Assembly: GCA_963790205.1 (NCBI GenBank)
Contig: CAWBNQ010000001.1
Location: forward strand, 1,131,560-1,195,559
DNA length: 64,000 nt
DNA from: Nitrospirota bacterium
GTDB taxonomy: Bacteria > Nitrospirota > UBA9217
Direction: 5' to 3'
The translations under genes and the position numbers were made by a program. Position 1 is the stretch's first letter, and each line of letters opens with the position of its first letter. This document shows positions 28,239 to 38,451 of the stretch, in pieces. A model generated the notes under the pieces. It was not told the origin of the DNA. It saw only the letters and a list, made by a program, of their open reading frames with translations, and did not search any database.

Positions 28239-29180
28239 ATGAAGACAATTATTCAAATTTTTTTAACTGTTCTACTGCTGACCGGCCTCTCCGCTTGCTT
28301 CGTCATCAAGGTAAACCTCGCACCGGAGACCCAGCCCCTTGAAGAGCAGGCGATTGAGGGCAAGGGAAAAGACAAGATCGTGCTCATGGACATAACGGGC
28401 GTCATTTCGAGTGAAGATGCCGGTTCGGTCCTGGGCGGCAGGAAAGAGCCGGGAATGCTCGCCCGGGTGCGGGAACAGCTCGACCGTGCGCGTCTCGACA
28501 AGAACGTAAAGGCACTGGTGATCCGGATCAACAGCCCCGGCGGCGGGGTGACCGCCTCGGACACGCTTTACCACGAGATCAAAAAATACAAGGAAGAAAC
28601 GGGGGTCAAGATCGTCGCCCACTTTCTTGACACGGGAACATCCGGCGCGTATTATGCGGCGCTTGCCGCGGACCGGATCACGGCGCAGCCCACGAGCATC
28701 ACCGGCAGCATCGGCGTCACCATGCTCCGCATAGACGCAACGGGGCTGATGCAGAAAATAGGCGTGCAGGCCCTCGAGATATCATCCGGCGCGGAGAAGG
28801 GCATGGGCTCGCCGTTCCGCCCGGTCTCTGTCGAGGAGAGAAAAATATTTCAGGGAATGATCGACAGCATGTACGGCCGCTTCGTGGGTGTTGTCGCCGA
28901 GGAGCGAAAGATGGACCCGGAGCGGGTGCGGCAGCTTGCCGACGGCCGCATCTACACAAGCCAGGAAGCGCGGGAAGCGGGACTCATTGACGGGATCGGC
29001 TATCTTGAGGACGCTTTCAAACAGGCGAAGATTCTGGCGAACCTTGATCAGGCAACGATCGTCACCTATCTGAGACCGGGCGAATACCGGTCTAACATCT
29101 ACTCCCTGAACCTGGTCAACATCAATTTCGGCGACCTCGCCGGCCCCGGGGTCAGGTTCGCCTATCTGTGGCTGCCGTAA
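28239..29180 (+). CDS. sppA: Signal peptide peptidase SppA (S49), lipoprotein
   Basis: IRINSPGG, SGAYY, TGSIGV, ADGRIYT..GLID. Confidence 0.93.
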   Translation: MKTIIQIFLTVLLLTGLSACFVIKVNLAPETQPLEEQAIEGKGKDKIVLMDITGVISSEDAGSVLGGRKEPGMLARVREQLDRARLDKNVKALVIRINSPGGGVTASDTLYHEIKKYKEETGVKIVAHFLDTGTSGAYYAALAADRITAQPTSITGSIGVTMLRIDATGLMQKIGVQALEISSGAEKGMGSPFRPVSVEERKIFQGMIDSMYGRFVGVVAEERKMDPERVRQLADGRIYTSQEAREAGLIDGIGYLEDAFKQAKILANLDQATIVTYLRPGEYRSNIYSLNLVNINFGDLAGPGVRFAYLWLP

Positions 29181-29186
29181 GGAGCT

Positions 29187-29225
29187 GTGAATTCCGGAGT
29201 GAGCGCATTCCCCGCGTATGCCTGT
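29187..29225 (+). repeat. Dispersed repeat GAATTCYGGAGTGAGCGYATTCCCCGCG.ATGCCT, copy 1
   Basis: Matches the reverse complement of 30229-30267 and the copy at 34604-34640. Confidence 0.75.
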
Positions 29226-29485
29226 GAACAACCCAAGGCGTTTACCCGTGCAGTGAAGGCGTTCGTAAAGAACTGGTGAAGAAGCTAAAACAGTTTTGTC
29301 TCGCCCCGGTAAGTGCGGCATTTGCAGAAAGACTTTATTTTTAAGATGGTTAGCTCTGCGTGCGCTGCAGCAATTCTATTTTTTTCGTTCTCTCGTGTCG
29401 CAGCCCCCAGCTTTTTTTCAAAGATAGTTCTTGAACAAGTCCCCTTGTTGTGGTAAATTTGCTACAGTTTCGCCGGGGAGGTAGT

Positions 29486-30046
29486 ATGGGAAAAAGTCTT
29501 TTGGTTTTATTTCTCATTATGCTCCTGTCATGCAGTTCGTCATACGCGTCGAACACCTCAGCCGCTTCCCGGGATTACCGCATGGCGAACAATCTGTATG
29601 CTTCCGACCAGTTCCAAGACGCCATCAGCCTGTATCAGAAGCTTCTTGCTTCTCCGCCTCACGGTGTTACCGCAAGCGAAATTCATACCAGGATCGGAGA
29701 CAGCTATTTCCATCTTGGCTCTTTTAACAACGCACTTGACGCGTACCGCGCTGCGCTCAGGGACCAGAAGGAATCAGAGCGGCCGGTGACCCAGTACTGG
29801 ATCGGGTTCTGCTGTTTTCTTCTCGGCAGGGATGCCGAGGCGGTGACTGAATTTTTGAAAATACCGCAACGCTATCCCGGGGCGGGGATGTGGGTCGGCA
29901 CGGCATATTACTGGGCAGGCAGGGCCAGCGAACGCATGGGAAAGACCGAAGAGGCCTCGAGATATTACCGCAAGGCGGGAGGGAACGGCCGCTCCACGCA
30001 GGGCAAGTTCGCGTTCAAGAAAGCCGCGGCAGTCAAAAGGCCGTGA
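29486..30046 (+). CDS. Exported TPR-repeat protein (CpoB/BamD-like), possible lipoprotein
   Basis: GGAGG RBS; LLSC; TPR helices (IGDSYFHLG, YWIGFCCFLLG, YYWAGRASERMG). Confidence 0.8.
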   Translation: MGKSLLVLFLIMLLSCSSSYASNTSAASRDYRMANNLYASDQFQDAISLYQKLLASPPHGVTASEIHTRIGDSYFHLGSFNNALDAYRAALRDQKESERPVTQYWIGFCCFLLGRDAEAVTEFLKIPQRYPGAGMWVGTAYYWAGRASERMGKTEEASRYYRKAGGNGRSTQGKFAFKKAAAVKRP

Positions 30047-30120
30047 GGGGTCAGGCGTAAGGGGTGAGGAGAGCAGGTTTTCCCCTTCCGCCTGCGTCTC
30101 ACGCCACACGGATTGAATCT

Positions 30121-30267
30121 CCCAGCAGCAAATGAAGGTTCGAATAGGCATCTGCAGGGAATCTCGATTCTTAAGGGTAGAACATAATTGTATTCGCTCG
30201 CGAACCCCGCAACAAATGAAGGTTCGTATAGGCATCCGCGGGGAATACGCTCACTCCAGAATTCAAA
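30121..30267. repeat. Two ~45-bp direct repeats upstream of recN; the second merges with the dispersed repeat family
   Basis: CCCAGCAGCAAATGAAGGTTCGAATAGGCATCTGCAGGGAAT versus CCCCGCAACAAATGAAGGTTCGTATAGGCATCCGCGGGGAAT. Confidence 0.8.
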
Positions 30268-30268
30268 G

Positions 30269-31969
30269 ATGCTGAAAGAACTAAACATCAAAAACTTTGC
30301 CATTATCGACCAGCTCCGCGTTGAATTCACGGCGGGACTGAACGTGTTCACCGGCGAGACCGGCGCGGGCAAGTCCATCGTTGTTGACGCGCTGAACCTC
30401 GCGCTCGGCGAGCGCGCGAGCGCCGACCTCATCCGCACGGGTTGCCTGGAGGCGGTGGTGGAGGCCGCCTTTGAACTCAACGGCCGCGGTACTGCGGACG
30501 TGACGGCATTGCTTTCCGGACAGGGCATCGAGATGAATCCCGGCGAGGACCTGATCGTGCGCAGGGTGCTCTCCTCAGCGGGAAAGAACAAGGTCTACAT
30601 CAACGGGAGCCTGGCGAACCTGGCGACGCTCTCGGCGCTCGGCGCGAGCCTCGCCGACATCCACGGTCAGCACGAGCACCAGTCCCTCCTTTCGCTTGAA
30701 CGCCAGATGGAGATGCTTGATTCCTTCGGCGGACTCGGGCCGCTTCACGACGCCTTTTCTCATGCATACCACCGGCTCCAGGAAGTCCGGAAGGAATTGG
30801 GCGAGCTTGAGGCGGGCGAGCGGGACCGGGCGCATCGCGAAGACATGCTCCGCTTCCAGAAGAACGAGATCGAGGCGGCGATGCTCAAGCCCGGTGAGGA
30901 CGCCGGGCTCGCGAACGAGCAGAAACTCCTGGCCAATTCGGAAAAGATCGCCGGGCTTTCGCGGGCCGCGGACGAAGCACTCTATTCAGCGGACAATTCC
31001 GTCCTGTCCGGGCTCAAAAAGGCCATAACGGGCATGAAAGAGATCGCGGCCATCGACAACCGGCTTATGCCGGCGCTCGAACTGTGTGAAGCGGGCAGGG
31101 CGCAGATCGAAGAGGTTGCGCGCGAGATGTCGGCCTATGCCGATCGCGTGGAGTTCGATCCCGACCGGCTTGAACAGATCGGGGACCGGCTCGACCTTAT
31201 CCAGAAGCTCAAGAAGAAGTACGGCAGCACCATCGAGGAGATCATCGAATTCGGCGCCAAAGCGGCGGCCGGGCTCGAGCGCATGGAACGGAGCACCGAG
31301 GAGATCGAGCGGCTTAACAAGGAGATTCAAGCCGTCAAGTCCGGGCTGACCGCTGGCGCGCAGGAGCTTACGAAGAAGCGGGCGGTTGCTGCGCGGGAGC
31401 TCGAAAAAAAGATCGAGACCGAGCTCGCTCACCTCGGTATGGCGAAAACGACCTTTATCGTGAAGATCACGCAGGAACCGGGCGACGACACCCTCGACGG
31501 CCATAAACTCGGGCCGCGCGGCGTGGACCGTGTTGAATTCCTTATTTCGCCGAATCCGGGCGAGGACCCGAAGTCTCTTGCGAAGATCGCCTCCGGGGGA
31601 GAGCTTTCCCGCATCATGCTTGCGCTCAAGACGATCCTCGTGGAAGGCGACAACATTCCCACGCTTGTTTTCGACGAGGTGGATGCCGGCATCGGGGGCG
31701 CGGTCGCGGAAGAGGTCGGCAAGAAGCTCAAGCGGGTAGCGGTCAAGCGGCAGGTCTTTTGCATCACCCATCTGCCTCAGATCGCGAGCATGGCAACGAG
31801 CCACTACGGCGTCTCAAAGTCGGTGAAGAAGGAGCGGACGAACACTGAAGTGCGGCTGCTCGGAACGAAAGAACGTATGAACGAGATCGCGCGCATGCTT
31901 GGTGGAAAAATTATTACCGAGGCGACACTCAGGCATGCCGAAGAGATGATCAATCGGGGAACTGCATAA
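30269..31969 (+). CDS. recN: DNA repair protein RecN
   Basis: LNIKNFAII, TGETGAGKS, DIHGQHEHQ, ASGGELSR, FDEVDAGIGG, CITHLPQIA. Confidence 0.97.
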   Translation: MLKELNIKNFAIIDQLRVEFTAGLNVFTGETGAGKSIVVDALNLALGERASADLIRTGCLEAVVEAAFELNGRGTADVTALLSGQGIEMNPGEDLIVRRVLSSAGKNKVYINGSLANLATLSALGASLADIHGQHEHQSLLSLERQMEMLDSFGGLGPLHDAFSHAYHRLQEVRKELGELEAGERDRAHREDMLRFQKNEIEAAMLKPGEDAGLANEQKLLANSEKIAGLSRAADEALYSADNSVLSGLKKAITGMKEIAAIDNRLMPALELCEAGRAQIEEVAREMSAYADRVEFDPDRLEQIGDRLDLIQKLKKKYGSTIEEIIEFGAKAAAGLERMERSTEEIERLNKEIQAVKSGLTAGAQELTKKRAVAARELEKKIETELAHLGMAKTTFIVKITQEPGDDTLDGHKLGPRGVDRVEFLISPNPGEDPKSLAKIASGGELSRIMLALKTILVEGDNIPTLVFDEVDAGIGGAVAEEVGKKLKRVAVKRQVFCITHLPQIASMATSHYGVSKSVKKERTNTEVRLLGTKERMNEIARMLGGKIITEATLRHAEEMINRGTA

Positions 31970-32127
31970 TTACGGAATTCGCCCTGCACTCGCGCTGAAC
32001 ACAATACTTAAACCCATTGTCGTACCATCTCGCCGGGAATCGCGAGACGGGAATCAAGGGCCTCATAAACGCTGTGTGCAGGCGGATCGCGGAACACGGA
32101 ATGAAAGAAAGAAGGCAGGTCGCAGAG

Positions 32128-32334
32128 ATGGGCAAAGTCGTCATCAGGAGAGAATACTGCAAGGGGTGCGAGCTCTGCACTACAGCGTGCGCAAAGAAGC
32201 TTTTGAAGATCGGCACGGAGTTCAACAAGAGCGGGTATTATACCGTCGAGTACTGCGGCGAGGAGGGCGCGTGCACGGGCTGCGCGCTCTGCGCCGAGAT
32301 GTGCCCTGATATCGCGATTGAGGTGTGGAAGTGA
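32128..32334 (+). CDS. 2x[4Fe-4S] ferredoxin (2-oxoacid oxidoreductase delta subunit)
   Basis: CKGCELCTTAC and CTGCALCAEMCPD. Confidence 0.9.
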   Translation: MGKVVIRREYCKGCELCTTACAKKLLKIGTEFNKSGYYTVEYCGEEGACTGCALCAEMCPDIAIEVWK

Positions 32335-32531
32335 GGAGCGCGAGACACATAAGAACGATCGCAACATAAATTTCAAAACTCCGGATTTCGACCATTTGAA
32401 CAGTTTGTTTTTTGAGTGTTGGCACTTCGGGTTTGTTCGAGATGCGGTGTCTGTGAATTGAGAATTGAGGAAGAAGGCAGCGCGGGTTTTTAGCCCGTGT
32501 GAGTTTATCATACGCCAGAGGGAACGAAAGA

Positions 32532-33623
32532 ATGTCCAAACTGCTCATCACCGGAAATGAAGCACTGGCCGAGGCCGCTGTACGCGCAGGCTGCCGCCGT
32601 TATTTCGGCTACCCGATCACGCCGCAGAACGAGATACCGGAATACCTCTCCCGCCGTCTGCCCGAGGTCGGCGGGACCTTTGTCCAGGCCGAGAGCGAGA
32701 TCGCTGCGATCAATATGGTTTACGGCGCCGTAGCCGTGGGGGAGCGCGCCATGACCTCCTCATCCAGCCCCGGCATCAGCCTCATGCAGGAGGCCCTCTC
32801 GTTCATGGCCGCGTCGGAGCTCCCGGCGGTCATTGTGAACATGCAGCGCGGCGGGCCGGGGCTCGGCAATATCTCGCCGTCCCAGGCCGATTATTTTCAG
32901 GCCGTGAAAGGCGGCGGCCACGGGGATTACAAGCTGCTCGTCTATGCTCCGTCGACCATCCAGGAGATCGTGGACCTGACCGTGCGCGCCTTTGAGAAGG
33001 CGGACGAGTACCGCAACCCGGTGATGATCCTCGGCGACGGCGTGCTGGGACAGATGATGGAGCCCGTGGAACTTCCCGACATCAAGCCCAAGCAGGTGGA
33101 CAAGCCCTGGGCGCTGACGGGCGCTGCGGGCAGGCCGGGCAAGGTCATCCGTTCGCTCTACATGCTGCCCGGCGAAGAAGGCGGACTCGAGCGGCAGAAC
33201 TATAAGCTGAAGGCCAAGTACGAGCGTATGGCAGAGCACGAAGTAATGTATGAGACCGTCCTGACCGATGATGCCGAGATCGTGGTGGTGGCCTTCGGCA
33301 CGTCGGCGCGCATCGCGAAAACAGCAGTGAACCTCGCGCGGAATGAGGGGATCAAGGCCGGGTTGATCCGGCCGATCACGCTTTTCCCGTTCCCGGAAAA
33401 GATCATCGCAAGCATTGCCGAGCGCGTTGAGCGATTCCTTGTTGTGGAGATGAATATGGGCCAGATGGTCGAAGACGTCCGGCTCGCGGTGAACGGCAAA
33501 GCACCCGTTTCGTTCTACGGCAGGCCGGGCGGCGCCATGCTCGCGGTCGAAGATATCCTGAGCGCCGTCCATAATTGTGTCCGCGGGGACGCGCCGCAGC
33601 CGATTCACGCCGGTTCCGAATAA
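32532..33623 (+). CDS. vorB: 2-oxoacid:ferredoxin oxidoreductase alpha-type subunit (VorB-like)
   Basis: [46 protein letters not shown]. Confidence 0.88.
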   Translation: MSKLLITGNEALAEAAVRAGCRRYFGYPITPQNEIPEYLSRRLPEVGGTFVQAESEIAAINMVYGAVAVGERAMTSSSSPGISLMQEALSFMAASELPAVIVNMQRGGPGLGNISPSQADYFQAVKGGGHGDYKLLVYAPSTIQEIVDLTVRAFEKADEYRNPVMILGDGVLGQMMEPVELPDIKPKQVDKPWALTGAAGRPGKVIRSLYMLPGEEGGLERQNYKLKAKYERMAEHEVMYETVLTDDAEIVVVAFGTSARIAKTAVNLARNEGIKAGLIRPITLFPFPEKIIASIAERVERFLVVEMNMGQMVEDVRLAVNGKAPVSFYGRPGGAMLAVEDILSAVHNCVRGDAPQPIHAGSE

Positions 33624-33654
33624 GTCGGGGACACTCCGGGAAGAGGAGCCTCTT

Positions 33655-34590
33655 ATGCCGAAGGTAAAAAACATACTCGATCTGATAGGGAACACGCCGA
33701 TGCTGAAGCTCACCAAGCTAACGGCGGAAGACCATGCCGAGGTCTGGGCGAAGCTCGAGGGGTTCAATCCCGGCGGGAGCGTGAAGGACCGGCCGGCGCT
33801 CGCGATGATCGAGGATGCCGAGAAAAAGGGCAAGCTCAAAAAGGGCATGAAGATCGTGGAGCCCACGAGCGGCAATACCGGCATCGGCCTCGCCATGGTC
33901 GCCTCGGTCAAGGGCTATCCCGTCATCCTCACGATGCCCGAGTCCATGACCCTTGAGCGGCGCAGACTGCTCCAGGCCTACGGCGCAGAACTCGTGCTCA
34001 CACCCGCGGACAAAGGCATGAAGGGCGCCATTGCAAAGGCCGACGAGATCGTCGCGTCAGGCACGGAATATTTCAAGCCCGACCAGTTCGGGAACCCCGC
34101 GAATCCGGCGGTGCACCGCAAGGTGACGGCAAAAGAGATCATGAAACAGATGGGCGCGAAAAAAATAGACGCCTTCGTCTCGGGCGTGGGCACCGGCGGC
34201 ACGATCACGGGCGTGGGCGAGGCGCTGAGGAAAAAATTCAAAAACATTAAAATATTCGCCGTAGAACCCGCTGCCTCGCCGGTCCTTTCCGGCGGCCAGC
34301 CCGGACCGCACATCATCCAGGGCATCGGCGCCGGTTTTGTTCCAACGATCCTGAACACGAAGGTATACGACGAGGTCATCCAGGTGACGAACGACCAGGC
34401 CGCTGAGACGGCGCGGCGCCTGGCCCACGAAGAAGGCCTGCTGGTGGGAGTCTCTTCCGGGGCCGCCTGCTGGGCGGCGCTTCAGGTGGCCGCGCGGCTC
34501 GGAAAGGGCAAGAGGATCGTGACCGTGTTCCCCGACGGCGGCGAACGCTACCTGACCACCGGAGTGTTCGAGCGAAAGAGCGGGGCATGA
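33655..34590 (+). CDS. cysK: Cysteine synthase A
   Basis: [32 protein letters not shown]. Confidence 0.95.
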   Translation: MPKVKNILDLIGNTPMLKLTKLTAEDHAEVWAKLEGFNPGGSVKDRPALAMIEDAEKKGKLKKGMKIVEPTSGNTGIGLAMVASVKGYPVILTMPESMTLERRRLLQAYGAELVLTPADKGMKGAIAKADEIVASGTEYFKPDQFGNPANPAVHRKVTAKEIMKQMGAKKIDAFVSGVGTGGTITGVGEALRKKFKNIKIFAVEPAASPVLSGGQPGPHIIQGIGAGFVPTILNTKVYDEVIQVTNDQAAETARRLAHEEGLLVGVSSGAACWAALQVAARLGKGKRIVTVFPDGGERYLTTGVFERKSGA

Positions 34591-34603
34591 GCGAGTATTT
34601 TTT

Positions 34604-34640
34604 TTGAATCCAGGAGTGAGCGTATTCCCGGCAGCCTGTC
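34604..34640 (+). repeat. Dispersed repeat family, degenerate copy
   Basis: TTGAATCCAGGAGTGAGCGTATTCCCGGCAGCCTGT. Confidence 0.6.
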
Positions 34641-34665
34641 ACAAGGAGCGTCAAAGAAAGCATTC

Positions 34666-35259
34666 ATGAAATCCCTCCTGCTTCGTGCAAAAAATATTCT
34701 CATTCGTCCCCGGGAAGAATGGCTGGTGATCAAGGAAGAGCCGGCAACGTATTCGGGCATCATCTTCCGCTACGTCGGTGTTCTTGCCGCGCTCCCGCCG
34801 GCAGCAGCCGTGGCGGGCAGGTTTATATTCGACAGAAATATTCAGGACAACAAGGTCGCTTTTTCTTTCACGTACGTTCTGCTTACGGACCTGCTCTGGT
34901 ACTGCATGTATGTCCTCAATGTTATGATAACCGGGGCAATCGTCACCGCGATTGTGACAGCTCCTGCTTCTCGATTGAACGGCATCCAGGGGCTGAAGAT
35001 CGCCGCCTACTCGTTCACGCCGCTTGTCTTCGCAGGCTTTATCGCGGTTATCCCGGGGACGGGCTGGATTTTTGATGTCGCTATCGTATACAGCATGTAT
35101 CTCCTGTATCTCGGCATTGTCTCTCTGGCGTCAATAGGGAAAAAGCAGGCGGCATGGTATGCGGTCGCTTCATTTCTTTCCGCGGGGGTCATTGTCGGCG
35201 TTATGGATATGCTGGAATATTTTTTTGAATCCCTCATCATGAACAGGATCGTATCCTGA
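34666..35259 (+). CDS. Yip1-family membrane protein
   Basis: RAKNILIRPREEWLVIKEE, IAAYSFTP, YSMYLLYLG. Confidence 0.85.
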   Translation: MKSLLLRAKNILIRPREEWLVIKEEPATYSGIIFRYVGVLAALPPAAAVAGRFIFDRNIQDNKVAFSFTYVLLTDLLWYCMYVLNVMITGAIVTAIVTAPASRLNGIQGLKIAAYSFTPLVFAGFIAVIPGTGWIFDVAIVYSMYLLYLGIVSLASIGKKQAAWYAVASFLSAGVIVGVMDMLEYFFESLIMNRIVS

Positions 35260-36380
35260 TGAAACCCGTCTATCTCGATTATAACGCAAGCACGCCGGTC
35301 GCCCCAAAGGTGCTCGATGAGATGCTGCCGTACCTGAAAGACAGATTCGGCAACCCGTCGAGCGCTCACCCGTTCGGCGTCGCGTGCCGGGCCGGCATAG
35401 AGCAGGCGCGGGAGCGGATGGCGATGCTTCTCGGGTGCGAGGCCTCGGAGCTCATATTCACGAGCGGGGCCACGGAATCGAACAATATGGTGATCAAGGG
35501 GATCGCCAAGGCGGCAGGAAAAGGAAAGCATTTCATCACCTCCCTGATCGAGCACCCGGCGGTGCTGGAACCGTGCCGCCATCTCGAACGCTTCGGATAC
35601 CGGGTGACCTATCTGCCGGTTGACCGGTTTGGAATGGTGGATCCCGCTGATCTCGAGAATGCCATCACGCCGGACACCGCGCTCGTGACGATCATGCACT
35701 CGAACAACGAGGTCGGGACGATCCAGGACATTGCCGAGCTTGCCCGGATAGCATTGTCCCGCGGAGTGCTGTTCCACACGGATGCCGCGCAGAGCGTTGG
35801 CAAAGTGCGTGTCCAAGTGAAGGACCTCGGCGTGGACTTCCTGACCGTGGCTGGCCACAAGTTCTATGCGCCGAAAGGGATCGGCGCTCTGTACATCAAG
35901 AACGGCCGCAAACTCCTGCCGATGCTGCACGGCGCCGGACATGAACATGGCCTGCGGCCCGGGACGGAGAATGCCGCCTTCATCGTTGGACTCGGCGCAG
36001 CGGCAATGATCGCGGCGCCGATCCTCGATACCGAAGGCTCGCGCCAGATGAAGCTGGGGAAGAGGCTGTTCGAGGGATTGCAAAAGGCCGGACTGAAAGT
36101 GCATCTGAACGGCCATCCCGAAAAGAAGCTCCCGAACACCTGGAACATCAGCTTTGAAGGATTTACCGCGATGGACGTGATGGATGCCCTCGGCAGAGAG
36201 ATAGCTGTTTCTCCTGGCGCAGCCTGCCACGGCGACCTCGTGGAACCATCGCATGTTCTTGTTGCCATGGGAATTGATCCTTCTCTCGCACGTGGGGCCA
36301 TTCGCTTCAGTTTCGGCAGAGAGACGACGGAAGCTGAAATTGATACTGTTGTGCAGACGGTGAAAAACAGTCTGCGTTAG
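35259..36380 (+). CDS. Group I cysteine desulfurase (NifS/IscS-like), possibly selenocysteine lyase-like
   Basis: YLDYNAST, FTSGATESNN, HTDAAQ, GHKFYAPKG, SPGAACH. Confidence 0.9.
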   Translation: MKPVYLDYNASTPVAPKVLDEMLPYLKDRFGNPSSAHPFGVACRAGIEQARERMAMLLGCEASELIFTSGATESNNMVIKGIAKAAGKGKHFITSLIEHPAVLEPCRHLERFGYRVTYLPVDRFGMVDPADLENAITPDTALVTIMHSNNEVGTIQDIAELARIALSRGVLFHTDAAQSVGKVRVQVKDLGVDFLTVAGHKFYAPKGIGALYIKNGRKLLPMLHGAGHEHGLRPGTENAAFIVGLGAAAMIAAPILDTEGSRQMKLGKRLFEGLQKAGLKVHLNGHPEKKLPNTWNISFEGFTAMDVMDALGREIAVSPGAACHGDLVEPSHVLVAMGIDPSLARGAIRFSFGRETTEAEIDTVVQTVKNSLR

Positions 36381-36454
36381 GTGAGCTTCCGATATGACTT
36401 CTCGCATTTTAGCGTGATATCAAGGTTTGCTCAATTAGTTATCTTCGCACAAAT

Positions 36455-36853
36455 ATGAAAACTAATTCTTTTAAAACCATTTTCTTGATTAGCCTTCTTG
36501 GCGCATTTGTAACAGCAGCCGCATACGTACTTGCGATATACCTTCGGATGCCGTCTTCAGACGGTGCTTATCAAATTGGATTTCATAAATTACTCGGCGA
36601 TCCGTTTGTCATGACGATAGCTCTAACTTTTGCTATTCTCATTGGCCTCGTCGTTTCTCCAATCCTATATTTCTTTTTACGTCAGAAGAATCTGAAAATA
36701 GCGTATCCTGTCATTCAACTTCTCGTGGTTATCGCGATATTTATTATTCCTGATAACGGCAAAGACGTGATCATAGGCGCATGCATAGCTATGATAAGCT
36801 CGGCATTTATATTATGGCTTAGTCCAATTGCAAAATTGAATCCTCCGAGCTGA
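36455..36853 (+). CDS. AT-rich four-TM hypothetical protein (gene cassette)
   Basis: Low-GC ORF; GTTATCT core at 36438 upstream and attC downstream. Confidence 0.7.
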   Translation: MKTNSFKTIFLISLLGAFVTAAAYVLAIYLRMPSSDGAYQIGFHKLLGDPFVMTIALTFAILIGLVVSPILYFFLRQKNLKIAYPVIQLLVVIAIFIIPDNGKDVIIGACIAMISSAFILWLSPIAKLNPPS

Positions 36854-36861
36854 TATCAACA

Positions 36862-36918
36862 CGATAACAACTCCGTCGAGCGGGTCGCTGAAAAACGCGC
36901 CTCACGTCGGCGTTCTAT
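36862..36918 (+). mobile_element. Degenerate attC site (57 bp)
   Basis: CGATAAC..CGTCGAG / CTCACG..GTTCTAT with an extrahelical C. Confidence 0.6.
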
Positions 36919-36965
36919 TTGTAAGTTATAAACCCCTTGTTGATATGAGAACGTAAGGAAATAAT

Positions 36966-38351
36966 ATGTCCGGAGAAACCATACTCATAGTTGACGACGA
37001 GGAAAGCGTGCGCAAGAGCCTTGCCGGTGTCATGCGGGACGAGGGGTACGAGGTCGTGACCGCGGCTTCGGGCAAAGAGGGGATCGAGCTGCTCTCTGAG
37101 GCGCAGCCGTCGATCGCCCTGCTCGATATCGCCATGCCCGACATGGACGGGATCGCGACGCTGCAGAAGATCCGGGAGCTCAAGCCGGACCTGCCGGTGA
37201 TCATGGTCACGGGGCACGGGACCATCGAGACCGCGGTCAAGACCACGAAGATGGGCGCGTACGATTTCATTGTGAAGCCGCCGGCGCTGGAGCACCTCGC
37301 GCTGGTGGTGAAGCACGGGCTCGAGGAATCGCGGCTGCGCGAGGAGAATGAGTCGCTCAGGAAAAGCATCGAGCGGCACAGCGAGCTCGTGGGCGAGAGC
37401 GGGAAGATCAAGGAGCTCAAGCGCCAGATCTCCCTCGCGGGACCCACGAACGGATGGGTACTGATCCACGGCGAGAGCGGCACGGGCAAGGAGCTCGTGG
37501 CGCGAGCCATCCACCGCGCAAGCAAACGGGAGGGCGGCCCCTTCGTGGAGGTGAACTGCGCCGCCATCCCCCAGGAACTTATCGAAAGCGAGCTGTTCGG
37601 ACACGAGAGGGGATCTTTCACCGGCGCGACCGGCATGAAGCGGGGCAAGTTCGAGCTCGCCCACAACGGGACCATATTCCTCGATGAGATCGCGGACATG
37701 AGCATGGCCACGCAAGCCAAAGTGCTTCGCGTGCTCGAAGGGCAGGAATTCCAGCGTGTGGGCGGGGTTAAGACGCTCAAGGCCGATGTGCGGGTGATCG
37801 CCGCATCGAACAAGAACCTTGCCGATGAGATCAGGAGAGGCACGTTCCGCGAAGACCTCTATTACCGCCTCAACGTGATCCCCCTGGAGGTCCCCCCGCT
37901 CCGCGAACGGAAAGACGACATCCCCCGGCTGGTGCACTATTTTCTGCAGGAGTTCTCGACCGAGTACGGACAGAAGTCGAAGACCATCGACGATGATGCC
38001 CTCGCCTTCTTTGTCCGGTATCGGTGGCCGGGCAACGTGCGTGAGCTGAGAAACATCATCGAACGGCTGATCATCATGGTCCCCGGCCCCGTGCTCAGGG
38101 CCCAGGACGTGCCGCCTCCCCTCAGCTCGCTCCCGCAGGAAGGCCGTGCCCCGGTCCTTTCGAACGGAGGCCGGGCCGGTCACGACCATGCCACGCTCAA
38201 GGACGCCCGCGCGGAGTTCGAGCGGGAGTTCATCGCACAGAAGCTCAAGGAATACGGCGGCAACGTGAGCAGGACCGCCGACGCCATCGGCGTGGAGCGC
38301 AGCAACCTGCACCGAAAGATCAAGGCGCTGGGGATAGAGCTGGAAGACTGA
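36966..38351 (+). CDS. Sigma54-type response regulator (NtrC family, NtrX-like)
   Basis: REC (LDIAMP), GESGTGKE, GSFTGA, DEIADM, WPGNVREL, C-terminal HTH. Confidence 0.93.
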   Translation: MSGETILIVDDEESVRKSLAGVMRDEGYEVVTAASGKEGIELLSEAQPSIALLDIAMPDMDGIATLQKIRELKPDLPVIMVTGHGTIETAVKTTKMGAYDFIVKPPALEHLALVVKHGLEESRLREENESLRKSIERHSELVGESGKIKELKRQISLAGPTNGWVLIHGESGTGKELVARAIHRASKREGGPFVEVNCAAIPQELIESELFGHERGSFTGATGMKRGKFELAHNGTIFLDEIADMSMATQAKVLRVLEGQEFQRVGGVKTLKADVRVIAASNKNLADEIRRGTFREDLYYRLNVIPLEVPPLRERKDDIPRLVHYFLQEFSTEYGQKSKTIDDDALAFFVRYRWPGNVRELRNIIERLIIMVPGPVLRAQDVPPPLSSLPQEGRAPVLSNGGRAGHDHATLKDARAEFEREFIAQKLKEYGGNVSRTADAIGVERSNLHRKIKALGIELED

Positions 38352-38451
38352 GGGAAAGCAGGTGAAGCAGGCTGAGGTTAAGGGTAAGCCTGATAAGTTT
38401 TCAACCTAAACCTTAGCCTCAGCCTGCATTCATCCCTGACACAATACACCC

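Noticed and set aside
30121..30250. Mini CRISPR array
   Set aside because: Only two degenerate units and no cas genes in the window.
36376..36382. GTTAGGT at the desulfurase stop as the cassette 5' boundary
   Set aside because: GTTATCT at 36438 complements the attC inverse core better and lies next to the start codon.
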